A stretch of 64,000 nucleotides of DNA from an uncultured virus (IMG/VR IMGVR_UViG_3300023174_000147). Its lineage: Duplodnaviria; Heunggongvirae; Uroviricota; Caudoviricetes. A model generated the notes under the pieces. The model searched no databases and was not told where the DNA came from. It was given only the letters and a program-made list of their open reading frames with translations. The DNA lies in the IMG/VR virus record IMGVR_UViG_3300023174_000147. One strand, 5' to 3'. Of this stretch, positions 51,747 through 60,672 are shown piece by piece. Each line of letters begins with the position of its first letter. Positions within the stretch are counted from its first letter, which is position 1. A program made the translations under genes and the position numbers.

Positions 51747-51754
51747 TATATATC
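51747..51754 (-). promoter_or_regulatory. GATATATA putative late promoter
   Basis: ~20 nt upstream of ORF starting at 51727. Confidence 0.6.
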
Positions 51755-51778
51755 TAATTTACTATTTTTAATAACTGA

Positions 51779-51786
51779 AATATATA
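51779..51786 (+). promoter_or_regulatory. AATATATA variant on plus strand
   Basis: ~30 nt upstream of plus-strand ORF at 51816. Confidence 0.45.
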
Positions 51787-51815
51787 ATTAAGTATGCTAA
51801 CTAAATAATAATGGT

Positions 51816-52544
51816 ATGTCAAAGAGAATAAGTCCTATATGGTTTTTAAAAGAACCTATAGATCCAGAACACAAAGAGTATATCTTATTAGATTACCTGA
51901 AGGAGATAAGTAAGGAATTAAACAAGGAAAATTGTTATTCCATAATGAAGGAAATATCTAAGATAGTTAAGATATTAAACGATTTTAGAAGAGGAAAGAC
52001 GTTAAGCGAATACGCATTAAAGTCTCTAAAAAAAGAGGATAAAGCATATGCTAATTCATTTAGTATCGAAGAATTAGATCAGGATCAGCAGGAGACCCTC
52101 ATGTTAATTGTAGAAGAATCTCTGCAGACACTTTATGGATATTCTGAGGTTTGTCTAGACATTCTTAAAGAAGAAGAATCAAAAATAAAAATATTCAGAA
52201 TACAGTCTAAATTTGATGTCGATAATAAATTAGACAATTCGGGTATTGTTATCATAAGGAATATGGTAACAGATAAGTTACTTAATTACTTTTTTAAATC
52301 AAAAGTTAAAATGGAAACAGCGGAAGGTGATAAGGAGGTTTCAATTCTAAAGAAGATTCATCTAAAGAATTCTTTCTTCTCTCTAAATTATGAGTATATT
52401 TACCACGAAATACTAAACGAAATTAGCACGGGCATGAAATATTCGCCAAAATTTTATGTCGTTGAAATATACGAAAACTTCGAAGAAAGTTCAGAAATTC
52501 ACAAGTTAGCCAAAGAGAAATTCATAGAACACATAGGAATATAA
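51816..52544 (+). CDS. hypothetical protein (W...PIDPEHKEYILLDYL N-terminal motif)
   Basis: 242-aa ORF filling the gap, followed by terminator. Confidence 0.7.
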   Translation: MSKRISPIWFLKEPIDPEHKEYILLDYLKEISKELNKENCYSIMKEISKIVKILNDFRRGKTLSEYALKSLKKEDKAYANSFSIEELDQDQQETLMLIVEESLQTLYGYSEVCLDILKEEESKIKIFRIQSKFDVDNKLDNSGIVIIRNMVTDKLLNYFFKSKVKMETAEGDKEVSILKKIHLKNSFFSLNYEYIYHEILNEISTGMKYSPKFYVVEIYENFEESSEIHKLAKEKFIEHIGI

Positions 52545-52551
52545 AGACCAC

Positions 52552-52578
52552 AAAAAAAGAGCCAATAGGCTCTTTTTT
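52552..52578. terminator. bidirectional intrinsic terminator
   Basis: AAAAAAAGAGCC-aata-GGCTCTTTTTT between convergent genes. Confidence 0.85.
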
Positions 52579-52593
52579 ATTATATTATTTTTT

Positions 52594-52929
52594 TTAGAAA
52601 TCATTTAGTCTTTTTATATCCAACGATTCGCTAGTATTCATATTAAAAACCCCACCTACCCCAGGAGCATCAATCATACCTGTCTTATCGTTCCCTATAT
52701 TTATTCTGTAACCCGGCGCATCTATTTTAGATTGATTACCAAAAACCGAATCTGCGTAGCCAGCATAGTCATATGCAGGTTCTCTTTTTATTTCAGACTG
52801 TCCAGATTTTGGAGATATCTCACCTGACTGATTTTCAGCAGAAAGGGGTTTATATGTATTATCGTGAACTTTTGAAAGGAATTTCTTAAAATCTAAGATT
52901 TCTCTTTGCGATACATTTTGTATATTCAT
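52594..52929 (-). CDS. small probable head-associated protein
   Basis: ILDFKKF near N-terminus and ESLDIKRLNDF at C-terminus resemble the CTS-like motif. Confidence 0.55.
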   Translation of the reverse strand: MNIQNVSQREILDFKKFLSKVHDNTYKPLSAENQSGEISPKSGQSEIKREPAYDYAGYADSVFGNQSKIDAPGYRINIGNDKTGMIDAPGVGGVFNMNTSESLDIKRLNDF

Positions 52930-52946
52930 GGTTTTATTTTTTAATA

Positions 52947-53612
52947 TTAAGATTCTTTTTTACCTGTTAATGAATTCCAGAAAGTCGAAAGGTAATCCAT
53001 AGCTCCGTCGCCGCTTTGTCCAGAGTAAGCTGAGCTGCTCGATTTCCCGTAGAATTGAGAGGCTTTCTTCCTCGCTATATCAGAAAGCTGAGATTTGTCA
53101 TGGGGATCTAAAGATGCAATAGCATCTCTACCAATTGAACCCTTTGCTCCCGGACCTCCGAATGCCTCAATCAAAGAATCTTCGATCATTTTTTTGCCTT
53201 TCTCTGATTGTAATCCTTCCCTTAATGTTGAATAAAGCCATCCGTTAGGTTTTATTCCCATTTGGGTAGCTAAAGAATCTAATCCTTTTCTTTGGATAAA
53301 TTCTTGTAAAGCCTTTGCCATCATGGGAGCAAGATATTGAACATTAGCTTTCTCCCCTGTCAATAACTTTGGATAATCTGAAATTGGGATTTGGTCAATA
53401 ACTTCCTGCACTATAACTGACATATTGGAGTTTTCTTCAACCCCTAATTGCTCCATTAATTTAGCAGCAACTTTTTGTTTTATAGTTTTTCTAAGACCTT
53501 CTCCGGCAAATCCAAGTAAACCGTTGAAGAATCCTGCTAGATCGCTAAATTGAAATGCTTCATTTGTTTCCTCACCAGAAAATGAATCGAAATTTTTAAT
53601 AATTCTAGACAT
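52947..53612 (-). CDS. probable internal head protein (leader MSRIIKNFDSFSGEETNE)
   Basis: CTS-like leader, helical composition, GATATATA upstream. Confidence 0.55.
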   Translation of the reverse strand: MSRIIKNFDSFSGEETNEAFQFSDLAGFFNGLLGFAGEGLRKTIKQKVAAKLMEQLGVEENSNMSVIVQEVIDQIPISDYPKLLTGEKANVQYLAPMMAKALQEFIQRKGLDSLATQMGIKPNGWLYSTLREGLQSEKGKKMIEDSLIEAFGGPGAKGSIGRDAIASLDPHDKSQLSDIARKKASQFYGKSSSSAYSGQSGDGAMDYLSTFWNSLTGKKES

Positions 53613-53632
53613 CTGTGTTCTTTTATTTTAAC

Positions 53633-53640
53633 TATATATC
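53633..53640 (-). promoter_or_regulatory. GATATATA putative late promoter
   Basis: ~21 nt upstream of ORF starting at 53612. Confidence 0.6.
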
Positions 53641-53670
53641 CACAGAAGAATTATTAATCTAAGAAGGAAC

Positions 53671-55077
53671 CTATGCTTCCTCAAGGAAAAGATCCACCGC
53701 TTTTTGTCTATATTTAAGCTTATCTTCCTTTATTTCGGGATTCTTTAAAGCTTCTTTCTTTCTGTTTACTATAGAGTCAGGCAGCATAGGACCAAATGTG
53801 TCTTTTAGTATCTTTTTGTCGGTTCTCCATTCGATAGGGAGATGTAAGGCAAATCTAACTATATCCAGATTTAAGAAAGGGCTTCTTAACTCTAGTGTAT
53901 GAGCCATTGACATTTTATCTAATCTAGGTAAATGATAATAAGGTAACTCATCAAAAACATCGGATTGCTGTGAATCGTATTCATGAATCCTAGAATACCC
54001 GCCGAATAACTCATCCGATCCATCTCCACTTAGGACTATCCTATATCCAGATTCTCTCTTAACTGCCTCAAATAAATGATACTGGGGAACTACAGAGCCT
54101 AAATCCACTGGTGTTTCGTTCCATAGCGTGTATATAAGCGCATTCTTAGTTGAATCCATACCATAGTCTAGGAAATTAACAGGCGTGCTTAAATGTGTGC
54201 TTAAATCGTTTACAAAAGGAGTTTCACCATTCTCTATGCTAAACCAGGTAACCTTGGCATTCATATGTTTTAATATCCCTGCTATTATTGAAGAATCTAG
54301 TCCTCCTGATACCAAAAGTGATATTGGATAGTTCTTAGAAACAAGTCTATTAGATACACTTTCAAACATCTTATCCCATAGCCATTCCATGTGGGTTTCA
54401 TAATCTGCATCCACCAGCTCTGCTATCGGGGATTCCCAAGTTCTATAATAAGGACCGTATGTTTGATCGAATAACGGAGATGTTATATTATAGAAATAGA
54501 AAGTGTTTGGCAAGATCCTTTTAATCGATTTAATCGGTGTTCGGTTATCCCTATTATAACCCCATTTTCTAATCGAGCTTATATAGGTTTCGTCCAATTC
54601 ATCTAATGGTGCTCTTAGACCCTTTATCTCCGAACAGATCTCGCCAAGATCATTCTTATAAAGGCATTTCTTACCCAATGGGTCAGTGAATGCTATCACG
54701 CTACCTTTATTAGAATCATAGATAACTACTGCCCAAAACCCATCCCATGTTTGTATATGCGGTGAATAAGCAGCGGCAAAGAATTCTAAACTTCCGCCTT
54801 TATATCCACCAAATAAGCTACAAAGGTATTCAGTATCAGATGAGAAATTACTTCTGTCATAATTAAAGATCTCCCCGTTAAACATTAAATAAACGCCAGG
54901 AGAAATCTCCCTAGGCTGATTCCATTCGTCACCGTCCAATGTTTGAATAGGAAGCCTATGGTGGCATAGAGTAACCTTATCTAGTTCCTCTACGGATTTT
55001 TCGATTCCCCTGTGTTTTATTGTATCTAAAATTTCAGGATGCTTATCTGCTCTAGTTGTTAATAATATTCCGCACAT
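53671..55077 (-). CDS. asnB: asparagine synthetase B-like glutamine amidotransferase
   Basis: MCGI N-terminal Cys, HRG, HRL, FNGEIFNY, SDTE, SGGLDSS, LSGDGSDELFGGY, RLDKMSMAHTLELRSPFL. Confidence 0.9.
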   Translation of the reverse strand: MCGILLTTRADKHPEILDTIKHRGIEKSVEELDKVTLCHHRLPIQTLDGDEWNQPREISPGVYLMFNGEIFNYDRSNFSSDTEYLCSLFGGYKGGSLEFFAAAYSPHIQTWDGFWAVVIYDSNKGSVIAFTDPLGKKCLYKNDLGEICSEIKGLRAPLDELDETYISSIRKWGYNRDNRTPIKSIKRILPNTFYFYNITSPLFDQTYGPYYRTWESPIAELVDADYETHMEWLWDKMFESVSNRLVSKNYPISLLVSGGLDSSIIAGILKHMNAKVTWFSIENGETPFVNDLSTHLSTPVNFLDYGMDSTKNALIYTLWNETPVDLGSVVPQYHLFEAVKRESGYRIVLSGDGSDELFGGYSRIHEYDSQQSDVFDELPYYHLPRLDKMSMAHTLELRSPFLNLDIVRFALHLPIEWRTDKKILKDTFGPMLPDSIVNRKKEALKNPEIKEDKLKYRQKAVDLFLEEA

Positions 55078-55083
55078 ATTTTT

Positions 55084-55644
55084 TTAATTAAAAAGTATAT
55101 CTTCAAACACTGAAGCTATATCGCTTACCGATTGATCATTAAATTTATTTTCAAATACCCATATTTTATGAAGTCCAGCTTCTTGAAACATTGATATTAC
55201 TTTCTCGTAAGTGTCTCTCTCCCTACTATCACCGTCAATATGATCCCACTGATCTTTGCTTCTATCGGACTTATCTGGATTTTGACCCTTTATATAAACA
55301 ATAGTGATTTCGTCAAGGAGAAAGTATTTCTTAACTATCTCTATTTGATTTCTAGCTTCTTCTTCTGTTATTCTTCCCTCTAGCAATCCCCACACTAAGA
55401 CGGTTAATATTCCTCTGTCGTGTATAAAAGATTCCTGCGGTACATCCTTTGCTAGCTGCATAAGCATAAACTCCTTGCCCAAAGAAAAGGCATGTGCTTC
55501 CTTGCTATTCTCGCTTTTTAAATTAAGATCGCTGAAGAAATTAGCAAATTTAAACTGAAATCTCGGAATGTGGAAAGAATGTGAGATGAACTCTGATAAA
55601 AATGTTTTGCCTGAATTTCTCGGGCCTTCAAATACGTATACCAT
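55084..55644 (-). CDS. thymidylate-kinase-like P-loop nucleoside monophosphate kinase (likely start ATG 55644)
   Basis: MVYVFEGPRNSGKT Walker A; FIHDRG motif. Confidence 0.75.
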   Translation of the reverse strand: MVYVFEGPRNSGKTFLSEFISHSFHIPRFQFKFANFFSDLNLKSENSKEAHAFSLGKEFMLMQLAKDVPQESFIHDRGILTVLVWGLLEGRITEEEARNQIEIVKKYFLLDEITIVYIKGQNPDKSDRSKDQWDHIDGDSRERDTYEKVISMFQEAGLHKIWVFENKFNDQSVSDIASVFEDILFN

Positions 55645-55686
55645 ATATTTCTTTCTATAGTGGAACACAATACATGTTCCATCCAG

Positions 55687-55694
55687 CAAATATA
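55687..55694 (-). promoter_or_regulatory. TATATTTG, Bacteroidota primary-sigma -7 element (TAnnTTTG)
   Basis: Just after a terminator and ~43 nt upstream of kinase ATG; no clean -33 TTTG seen. Confidence 0.45.
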
Positions 55695-55718
55695 ATAAAT
55701 CGGTACGGTGAAATCACG

Positions 55719-55752
55719 AAAAACCCCAATCTTTATTAGGATTGGGGTTTTT
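55719..55752. terminator. intrinsic terminator
   Basis: AAAAACCCCAATC...GATTGGGGTTTTT inverted repeat right after stop at 55754. Confidence 0.85.
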
Positions 55753-55753
55753 G

Positions 55754-58231
55754 TTATTTTGTATCAGTGTTGATACACTTGAAAGGTGATTGTTGTGGTA
55801 TCTCATCAAATGAAGTAGCATTCATTCTTTTAACGTGTGTTGCTATACTAGGATAAATGTCAGCAGCTATATAATAGCAGTTATTCCCTAGAATGTTTTT
55901 TATTCCACCATCAGACCCTTTTAGGTTACCTAATATTCCTATTCCATCAAGTGTAGATGACATCTGTCTTTTAGAAGAAGTTTTTCTTTTCTTGATATCG
56001 TCATACTCACCTACGATAATTTTAGATCCCTCGTAAGTCAATAGAGGTCCGCTATCTGAATCGTCTTCAGTTAAACCGAATATACTATCCTTAGATATTC
56101 TTTTAGCTGTAGAAGCTCCTAAAACGTTATCATTGATCCATTTAATACAGCTTACAAATTTACTTCCGTCAAAAGTAACACAGTTAGCTAGCATAACAAG
56201 GAAGTTATTAATAGCAACAAATTCTTCCTTTCCTAGATCAGGATTTTTATCACTTTTCTGAAGTGCAATATTAAATGCTTTAGCTATATCGCCCTTAAGA
56301 TTATCGTAATCAACAAAAGGTATTTCTTTATTCTTAATAGAGGATTCCATCATTTCAAAAGGTCCGGAAAGATCCAGCTCATCGTTATTTGAATTTGTTT
56401 TAAGCAAACTTTTAATGCCATCATATCTCCACTGAGGTCTGATCATACCAAATGTGGTCCATCCCTTAAGGTAATTTCTAAGGAATTCTGTTGCGTCCTC
56501 ATTTCCTAAAGTTTTAATCTGTCTAGCCTCCGCCCACTTATTCCAGTTACATGGTGTTTTCAATGAAGATGTTGCAAGATTGATATTATAAACTGCCCCT
56601 TTAGCAAAGAAGTATGAGAACTCTTCAGTTGGTTTAGCTTCATCTAAAGCTAAATTCCAATCTTTTATAAACTCTGTGCTATATGATGCTTTAAGAGATC
56701 CATCTTGTTTAACAAAATCATCAGACTCAACTTTTATGCTATATTCGGATCTAAGCTTTTTAGCTAACCCCTTTACTCCAGATGCTGATTTTGAATCGGA
56801 AGATCCAGCAGATTTTTCTGAAGGAGTTTCTGCTTTATGTACTTTATATTGTACATCAAGCTCTTTTTCAAATTCCGCATTATTTATTGATATTTTACTC
56901 TCATTAACAACAGAGAATAGTTCTGATATGCTTTTAACGTGTCCAAAATTAGATGCGTTCTCGTGCATTTTAGTTCCTATTGTATGTAAAGCTGAATTGA
57001 TAGCTTTCCTGTTCTTATCAGAAACCCAATCAGATGAAATTATATCGCTTAATAATGCTTGATCTATTTGGCCGTTTATGTTTTTATTACCAGATAATTT
57101 TTGAATGACCGAAATAACAGAAGTTGTAGCAGGTCCATATTTACCATTTGGTCCTCCTTTAGATTTTATTAATTTTCCAGCGGGGGTAATGCCGTCGCAA
57201 AGTGCAGTTTGTATAGCGAAGATTAATCCACTTCCTTTTATTTTTCTATCTGCGTCAGTATCTCCTCTTTTTAAAGGAAAAACTACTTTTGCAGTTTCAA
57301 CTTCCTTGGCCTCATTCTCGTCCTTGATTATTTTAACCGCTATTCCGTATTGAGTCTTTGCTCTGGTCATAAGATCCAATGCTTGGCTGACTAAATTAGT
57401 AACGTCAGAATAGCTAGTATAAACTTCTTCGTCATCCTCTAACTTCTGTAAAGATCTGTTTGCTGTTTGGATCATGGTGTTGTTAAACTCTTCTTGAAAT
57501 TTATCAACCTGTTTTTCTAGATCCTCAAGGAGTTTTCTATTTTTGTCACCGCCTTCAGTATTATCTAAAGCTTTTCTTTTTTCATCAAGCTCTATGAAAG
57601 TTCTTTTCCAATCTCTTCCATATCCTGATTTTTGATCTTTACCTTCGGCAGAGCTTATTAAATTTGTGAGCGATTTTTTTAGATTATTTACTCTGTGCTT
57701 ATAACCGGTAAAAATGGATTCATTTAAAAAGTCAGTGGAATCAAAGTCCTCGTTATCGTTCAGCTTCTTAGCATCTTCCTCAGCTTGCTTTGCAATGTTA
57801 TCAATAGAATTCTGCAGCTTATTGATAGCTAGCTTGAATTGCTTAAATATAACCTCGTCTTTAGATTTAGAAATCTCAGAAGTTCTATCTAGAGCTTCTG
57901 CAAATTTATGTAGACTCTCCAGATATAATCTTTTAGTCTCTGCATATTTAGAATCTACTAAATCATTATCATCTGCATAATCTATCAATTTAGCTGTTAA
58001 TGATTTTACTGTTTTAGAATCTGCAACATTAGAAAGTTTAAGTCTAATGGCATCGGGATTTCTATCTCTTTTTGGAGCTAGATCAAATGTCAATATTTTA
58101 AAAGCATTTAGTGCATTATCGCAAACTTTAACAAGCAAAGAATCTACTTGTTCATTTTCTAAAAGCTTAGTGTAATATCCCTCCAATAGCTGTTTAGCTA
58201 CCTGATTCTGTATGTATGGATTATTGTTCAT
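55754..58231 (-). CDS. large probable internal head/ejection protein with peptidoglycan-binding-like domain (likely start ATG 58231)
   Basis: PLKRGD...IQTAL...NGKYGPATTSVISVIQKLSG...NGQID; several L/V-N-E candidate cleavage sites. Confidence 0.55.
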   Translation of the reverse strand: MNNNPYIQNQVAKQLLEGYYTKLLENEQVDSLLVKVCDNALNAFKILTFDLAPKRDRNPDAIRLKLSNVADSKTVKSLTAKLIDYADDNDLVDSKYAETKRLYLESLHKFAEALDRTSEISKSKDEVIFKQFKLAINKLQNSIDNIAKQAEEDAKKLNDNEDFDSTDFLNESIFTGYKHRVNNLKKSLTNLISSAEGKDQKSGYGRDWKRTFIELDEKRKALDNTEGGDKNRKLLEDLEKQVDKFQEEFNNTMIQTANRSLQKLEDDEEVYTSYSDVTNLVSQALDLMTRAKTQYGIAVKIIKDENEAKEVETAKVVFPLKRGDTDADRKIKGSGLIFAIQTALCDGITPAGKLIKSKGGPNGKYGPATTSVISVIQKLSGNKNINGQIDQALLSDIISSDWVSDKNRKAINSALHTIGTKMHENASNFGHVKSISELFSVVNESKISINNAEFEKELDVQYKVHKAETPSEKSAGSSDSKSASGVKGLAKKLRSEYSIKVESDDFVKQDGSLKASYSTEFIKDWNLALDEAKPTEEFSYFFAKGAVYNINLATSSLKTPCNWNKWAEARQIKTLGNEDATEFLRNYLKGWTTFGMIRPQWRYDGIKSLLKTNSNNDELDLSGPFEMMESSIKNKEIPFVDYDNLKGDIAKAFNIALQKSDKNPDLGKEEFVAINNFLVMLANCVTFDGSKFVSCIKWINDNVLGASTAKRISKDSIFGLTEDDSDSGPLLTYEGSKIIVGEYDDIKKRKTSSKRQMSSTLDGIGILGNLKGSDGGIKNILGNNCYYIAADIYPSIATHVKRMNATSFDEIPQQSPFKCINTDTK

Positions 58232-58241
58232 GATTGACGTT

Positions 58242-58514
58242 TTAGTATATATTTTCTTTGGGCTCAGCAGCATTCTTAACAGTATTGCTCTTTTGTATTT
58301 CGGATGAAAGAGTTTTCATTAAAAGCGATATCTCTTGGTATATTCCAGCTTGCTGATTTATGCTTGCTATTTCTGAAGCAGAATCCCCTGGTTTTTTGGA
58401 TTCTTTAGCTTTTTTAATTGCATCAAACTTCTGAGAAAGAGTTGTTTTTATTCCCTGTATTTTGGTCTCTTCGCTGTCTTCCTCGTTAACAATGAATTCT
58501 TTAAATTTAAGCAT
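58242..58514 (-). CDS. small probable internal head protein (MLKFKEFIVNEE; likely start ATG 58514)
   Basis: Leader closely resembles T4 internal protein CTS. Confidence 0.6.
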   Translation of the reverse strand: MLKFKEFIVNEEDSEETKIQGIKTTLSQKFDAIKKAKESKKPGDSASEIASINQQAGIYQEISLLMKTLSSEIQKSNTVKNAAEPKENIY

Positions 58515-59445
58515 ATTTTCTAGCAATTGTTATTTTAGATCTCAGATCTCTTATTTCATCCATATATTTCTCTCTAATCTCTTTTATTCTCCTGGAAGCA
58601 AATGTTCTTGCCTCCTCTGGATTATTTGAGTTTTCTATATCTTTGTTTAAGATATCCCTTTCCATATCCATGGCAACATATCGATCATTTCTTTCCTTCA
58701 GAAGGAATGAAACTAACTTTTTTGCCTGTGGTGTATCATACCCCTTTATTGCATTGGTAAATTCGGTTAATGGCAATTTAGCTAAAAATTCAAAAGAAGC
58801 ATCACTTTCATTTCCGCCTTTAGATTTTTTTTCGGTATTACTACCATCGCCTCCTGTATATTTACCCATTTCTTTGAACCTTTCACCTGATTCTATATCC
58901 TTGGTCATCAAGTTACCGTACTTATTTCTGAAGTCAGCATCCTTTTGTTTAGCTTTTAGTAATGCTGTTTTATATTTTGAATATAAAGTCCCAGAAAGTG
59001 AAGAATCGGCTAGATTTTTAGCTCTCCTATACATCTCCTCAGCTATATCAACATCAACTTTAGTTTTAAGTTTTTCCCAGTATACTTTAACCCTTTTATT
59101 TTTACCTATAACGTCTCTAACTTTAACAAATATGCTTTCAGTTCTTTTTTCATGTGCTCTCGACTGAGCGTCCATCAGCTGATTGTTTCTTTGGATTAGT
59201 CGATCGATTCTTTTTATTTCTGCAGGATCGCTTTTAGTTTGTGATCTTTCTAGATCTAACTTGTCAATTTCTACCTGGATATCCTCCCACTTTTCAACAT
59301 ACTCAAGCTCTGCTGATCTGTACTCATTAGCTAATTTATCTAATGAATCTATACTGCCACCAAAATTACTGCTTAACCAGTTTTTTATCTGATCCAATAC
59401 ATTAGCTTCGTTTAAGCTGTCCCATTCTTTAAAGTTTAAAGTCAT
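58507..59445 (-). CDS. coiled-coil probable internal head protein (MTLNFKEWDSLNE)
   Basis: CTS-like leader; paralogous to 59448..60596. Confidence 0.6.
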   Translation of the reverse strand: MTLNFKEWDSLNEANVLDQIKNWLSSNFGGSIDSLDKLANEYRSAELEYVEKWEDIQVEIDKLDLERSQTKSDPAEIKRIDRLIQRNNQLMDAQSRAHEKRTESIFVKVRDVIGKNKRVKVYWEKLKTKVDVDIAEEMYRRAKNLADSSLSGTLYSKYKTALLKAKQKDADFRNKYGNLMTKDIESGERFKEMGKYTGGDGSNTEKKSKGGNESDASFEFLAKLPLTEFTNAIKGYDTPQAKKLVSFLLKERNDRYVAMDMERDILNKDIENSNNPEEARTFASRRIKEIREKYMDEIRDLRSKITIARKYA

Positions 59446-59447
59446 TG

Positions 59448-60596
59448 TTAGTCATTTAGTTTGTTCTTTGCAGATCTCAATTTGCTAACGTTAATGTTAC
59501 CGGAAGAGGTAACAAACACATCAGAAATTATTTTTTTAGTACCTGAATTAGCATCCTCACCATCAACTATACCTTGGTTTATTAAATTAGCTAGCTTAGT
59601 GAACTCTTGCTCTTTGCTCAATTTCTTATTTATGTCGCTCTCAGTTTTACCCAGATCCCTAAATAATTTTAAAAGGTTCTTTTTAGAATCTAAGGCTGAG
59701 CTAAGTTCAAGCAGCTCAACTTTAATTTTCTCTATATAAGACTTTCTAACCTTATCAGGATTAGCACCTATTCTTTTTTCTAGCGTGGTTAATTTTCTTT
59801 CTATATCTGCTCTTAGATCAGCAATATCCTTCTCCAGTTCTTTTTTTCTTTCTATAATATCCTTAGCTCTTCTACCTGCAACTTTTTTCTTTTCCTTCTC
59901 AGGATCTAAAGAAAGATCTTTAGCATCAGGTTCATTACCTTTTTCCTCTTCCTCTTCTTTCTTGTCCATCTGGTCTTTCAGAGCTTTAGCTTTTTTCTCT
60001 GCCTCTTTCTTTTTAGCATTAATCTTATCCTGATATTTCTTGATGTCTGCGTCATCAGCTTTACCCTTAGCCAATTTATATTCAAGTTCTGCTAATGCGA
60101 TCTCGTCGTCTGCTCTTCCTGCTTCATAATAATCTCTTCTTCTAGTGTTATTATCAATAACCTTAGTTACGAAATCCTTAGCTTTTTTTATCTTAAGTGA
60201 ATGTGATTTAAGGAAAGATTCAAACTCTTTTATTTTAGAATCCCTATCTCTTTCAACGGCATTTATTTTTTCCTTGTCGTTTATTGAACTTAAGCCATCT
60301 ATTTCGGATTCTAGCTTTTCGATATTTTCTTCGAAATCTGCTCTTTTTTCGATGGAATCAATTTCCAAATCTACAAGAAGCTTTCTTGCTTTGTCGATCA
60401 TACCTACTCTAGATAAAGATCCTAGGAAAAATTTAGAAAGTGAATTTTTAAGATAATCTCCGACAATGCCCTCGTTTACTGTGTGATTGGGTTCAGATCT
60501 CTCCAGAGAAGCAAACTCTTCACTAAGTTCACGGTCTACAGTTTCTATCAGAGACTCATATTTTTTAAAATCATTAAATGATGGTAGATTCTTCAT
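59448..60596 (-). CDS. coiled-coil probable internal head protein (MKNLPSFNDF)
   Basis: CTS-like leader, K/E-rich helices. Confidence 0.6.
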   Translation of the reverse strand: MKNLPSFNDFKKYESLIETVDRELSEEFASLERSEPNHTVNEGIVGDYLKNSLSKFFLGSLSRVGMIDKARKLLVDLEIDSIEKRADFEENIEKLESEIDGLSSINDKEKINAVERDRDSKIKEFESFLKSHSLKIKKAKDFVTKVIDNNTRRRDYYEAGRADDEIALAELEYKLAKGKADDADIKKYQDKINAKKKEAEKKAKALKDQMDKKEEEEEKGNEPDAKDLSLDPEKEKKKVAGRRAKDIIERKKELEKDIADLRADIERKLTTLEKRIGANPDKVRKSYIEKIKVELLELSSALDSKKNLLKLFRDLGKTESDINKKLSKEQEFTKLANLINQGIVDGEDANSGTKKIISDVFVTSSGNINVSKLRSAKNKLND

Positions 60597-60622
60597 TATA
60601 ATACAATACTTTTTTTACATTG

Positions 60623-60630
60623 TATATATC
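60623..60630 (-). promoter_or_regulatory. GATATATA putative late promoter
   Basis: ~27 nt upstream of ORF starting at 60596. Confidence 0.6.
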
Positions 60631-60672
60631 CAATTAAGATTTTTTATTCTTAAACGGGTCTGTAATATATTT

